This document shows, piece by piece, positions 31,804 to 32,000 of a stretch of DNA of 32,000 bases; positions within the stretch are counted from its first letter, which is position 1; each line of letters begins with the position of its first letter. The notes under the pieces were generated by a model. The model was not told where the DNA came from and did not search any database. It saw only the letters and a program-made list of their open reading frames with translations. The position numbers and the translations under genes are program-made. Source of the stretch: Coprobacillaceae bacterium (GTDB lineage: Bacteria; Bacillota_I; Bacilli_A; Erysipelotrichales; Coprobacillaceae); assembly GCA_963675915.1 (NCBI GenBank), contig OY780959.1, positions 1,770,001 through 1,802,000 of the forward strand. Direction: 5' to 3'.

Positions 31804-31846
31804 ATCTTAGCATCTACCTATTTTATTGTCAATCGATTTCATGACA
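31804..31846 (-). promoter_or_regulatory. Candidate feoAB promoter with an overlapping inverted repeat
   Basis: On the minus strand there is TTGACA (31832-31827), a 17-nt spacer and TAAGAT (31809-31804). The inverted repeat TGTCA-N10-TGACA (31827-31846) overlaps the -35 hexamer. Confidence 0.4.
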
Positions 31847-31860
31847 GTTGGTTGACATCA

Positions 31861-31893
31861 AAACAAAAAAGGGGACTGAAGTGATTCAGCCCT
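31861..31893 (-). terminator. Intrinsic terminator after the histidine kinase gene
   Basis: On the minus strand the stem GGGCTGAA-TCAC-TTCAGTCCC (with one bulge) is followed by TTTTTTG. It overlaps the stop codon at 31886-31888. Confidence 0.55.
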
Positions 31894-32000
31894 CTTGATA
31901 ATGAATTGGTATTTCAATTGTGAAAAGCGTTCCTTCTCCCGGTGTTGACATGACCCGCACCAGTCCTTGACAGGCCTCGATATTTTCTTTAAGCATGTAT
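31886..32000 (-). CDS. Sensor histidine kinase, C-terminal end only (the gene continues off the right edge)
   Basis: The reverse-complement translation is ...YMLKENIEACQGLVRVMSTPGEGTLFTIEIPIHYQEG*. This matches the G2-box end of an HATPase_c domain (G.G..F...IP). Confidence 0.6.
   Translation of the reverse strand, partial: YMLKENIEACQGLVRVMSTPGEGTLFTIEIPIHYQEG

Overview
This is a chromosomal, largely housekeeping window from a low-GC Bacillota-type genome. The 16S carries the TAGGGAATTTTCGGCAATGGGGGAAACC-type signature and the 5S is short (~110 nt), which suggests an Erysipelotrichia/Mollicutes-related lineage; that placement is tentative. TGA is used as a stop codon, so the standard code 11 applies. 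Almost everything is on the minus strand.

Contents from left to right:
- the 5' end of a split transketolase gene
- a Nudix hydrolase
- a tightly packed five-gene polyamine operon (speD, an Orn/Lys/Arg decarboxylase, speE, carboxy(nor)spermidine dehydrogenase and decarboxylase)
- Lon protease preceded by a MarR-family gene
- class 3 fructose-1,6-bisphosphatase
- lrgAB-like genes
- a plus-strand MarR gene followed by two tandem paralogous MATE efflux genes
- two tandem, near-identical 16S-23S-5S rRNA operons (period 5628 bp, no tRNAs)
- an ABC substrate-binding lipoprotein plus permease with no ATPase gene
- feoAB
- the 3' end of a histidine kinase gene

I see no CRISPR array, IS or transposon, phage genes or recognisable defence system, and I cannot point to a convincing wholly novel protein system.

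The observations most worth follow-up are:
1. Both the dcSAM-dependent and the aspartate-semialdehyde-dependent aminopropylation modules sit in one operon, without an agmatinase.
2. A ~115-130 nt terminator-capped, CU-rich element occurs three times next to the rRNA operons and is a candidate small RNA family.
3. An operator-like motif is shared by the MarR and lon promoters.
4. The speD leader has overlapping hairpins and a terminator just before the RBS.

All coordinates of RNA ends, promoters and terminators are estimated by eye (about +/-10 nt for rRNA ends).
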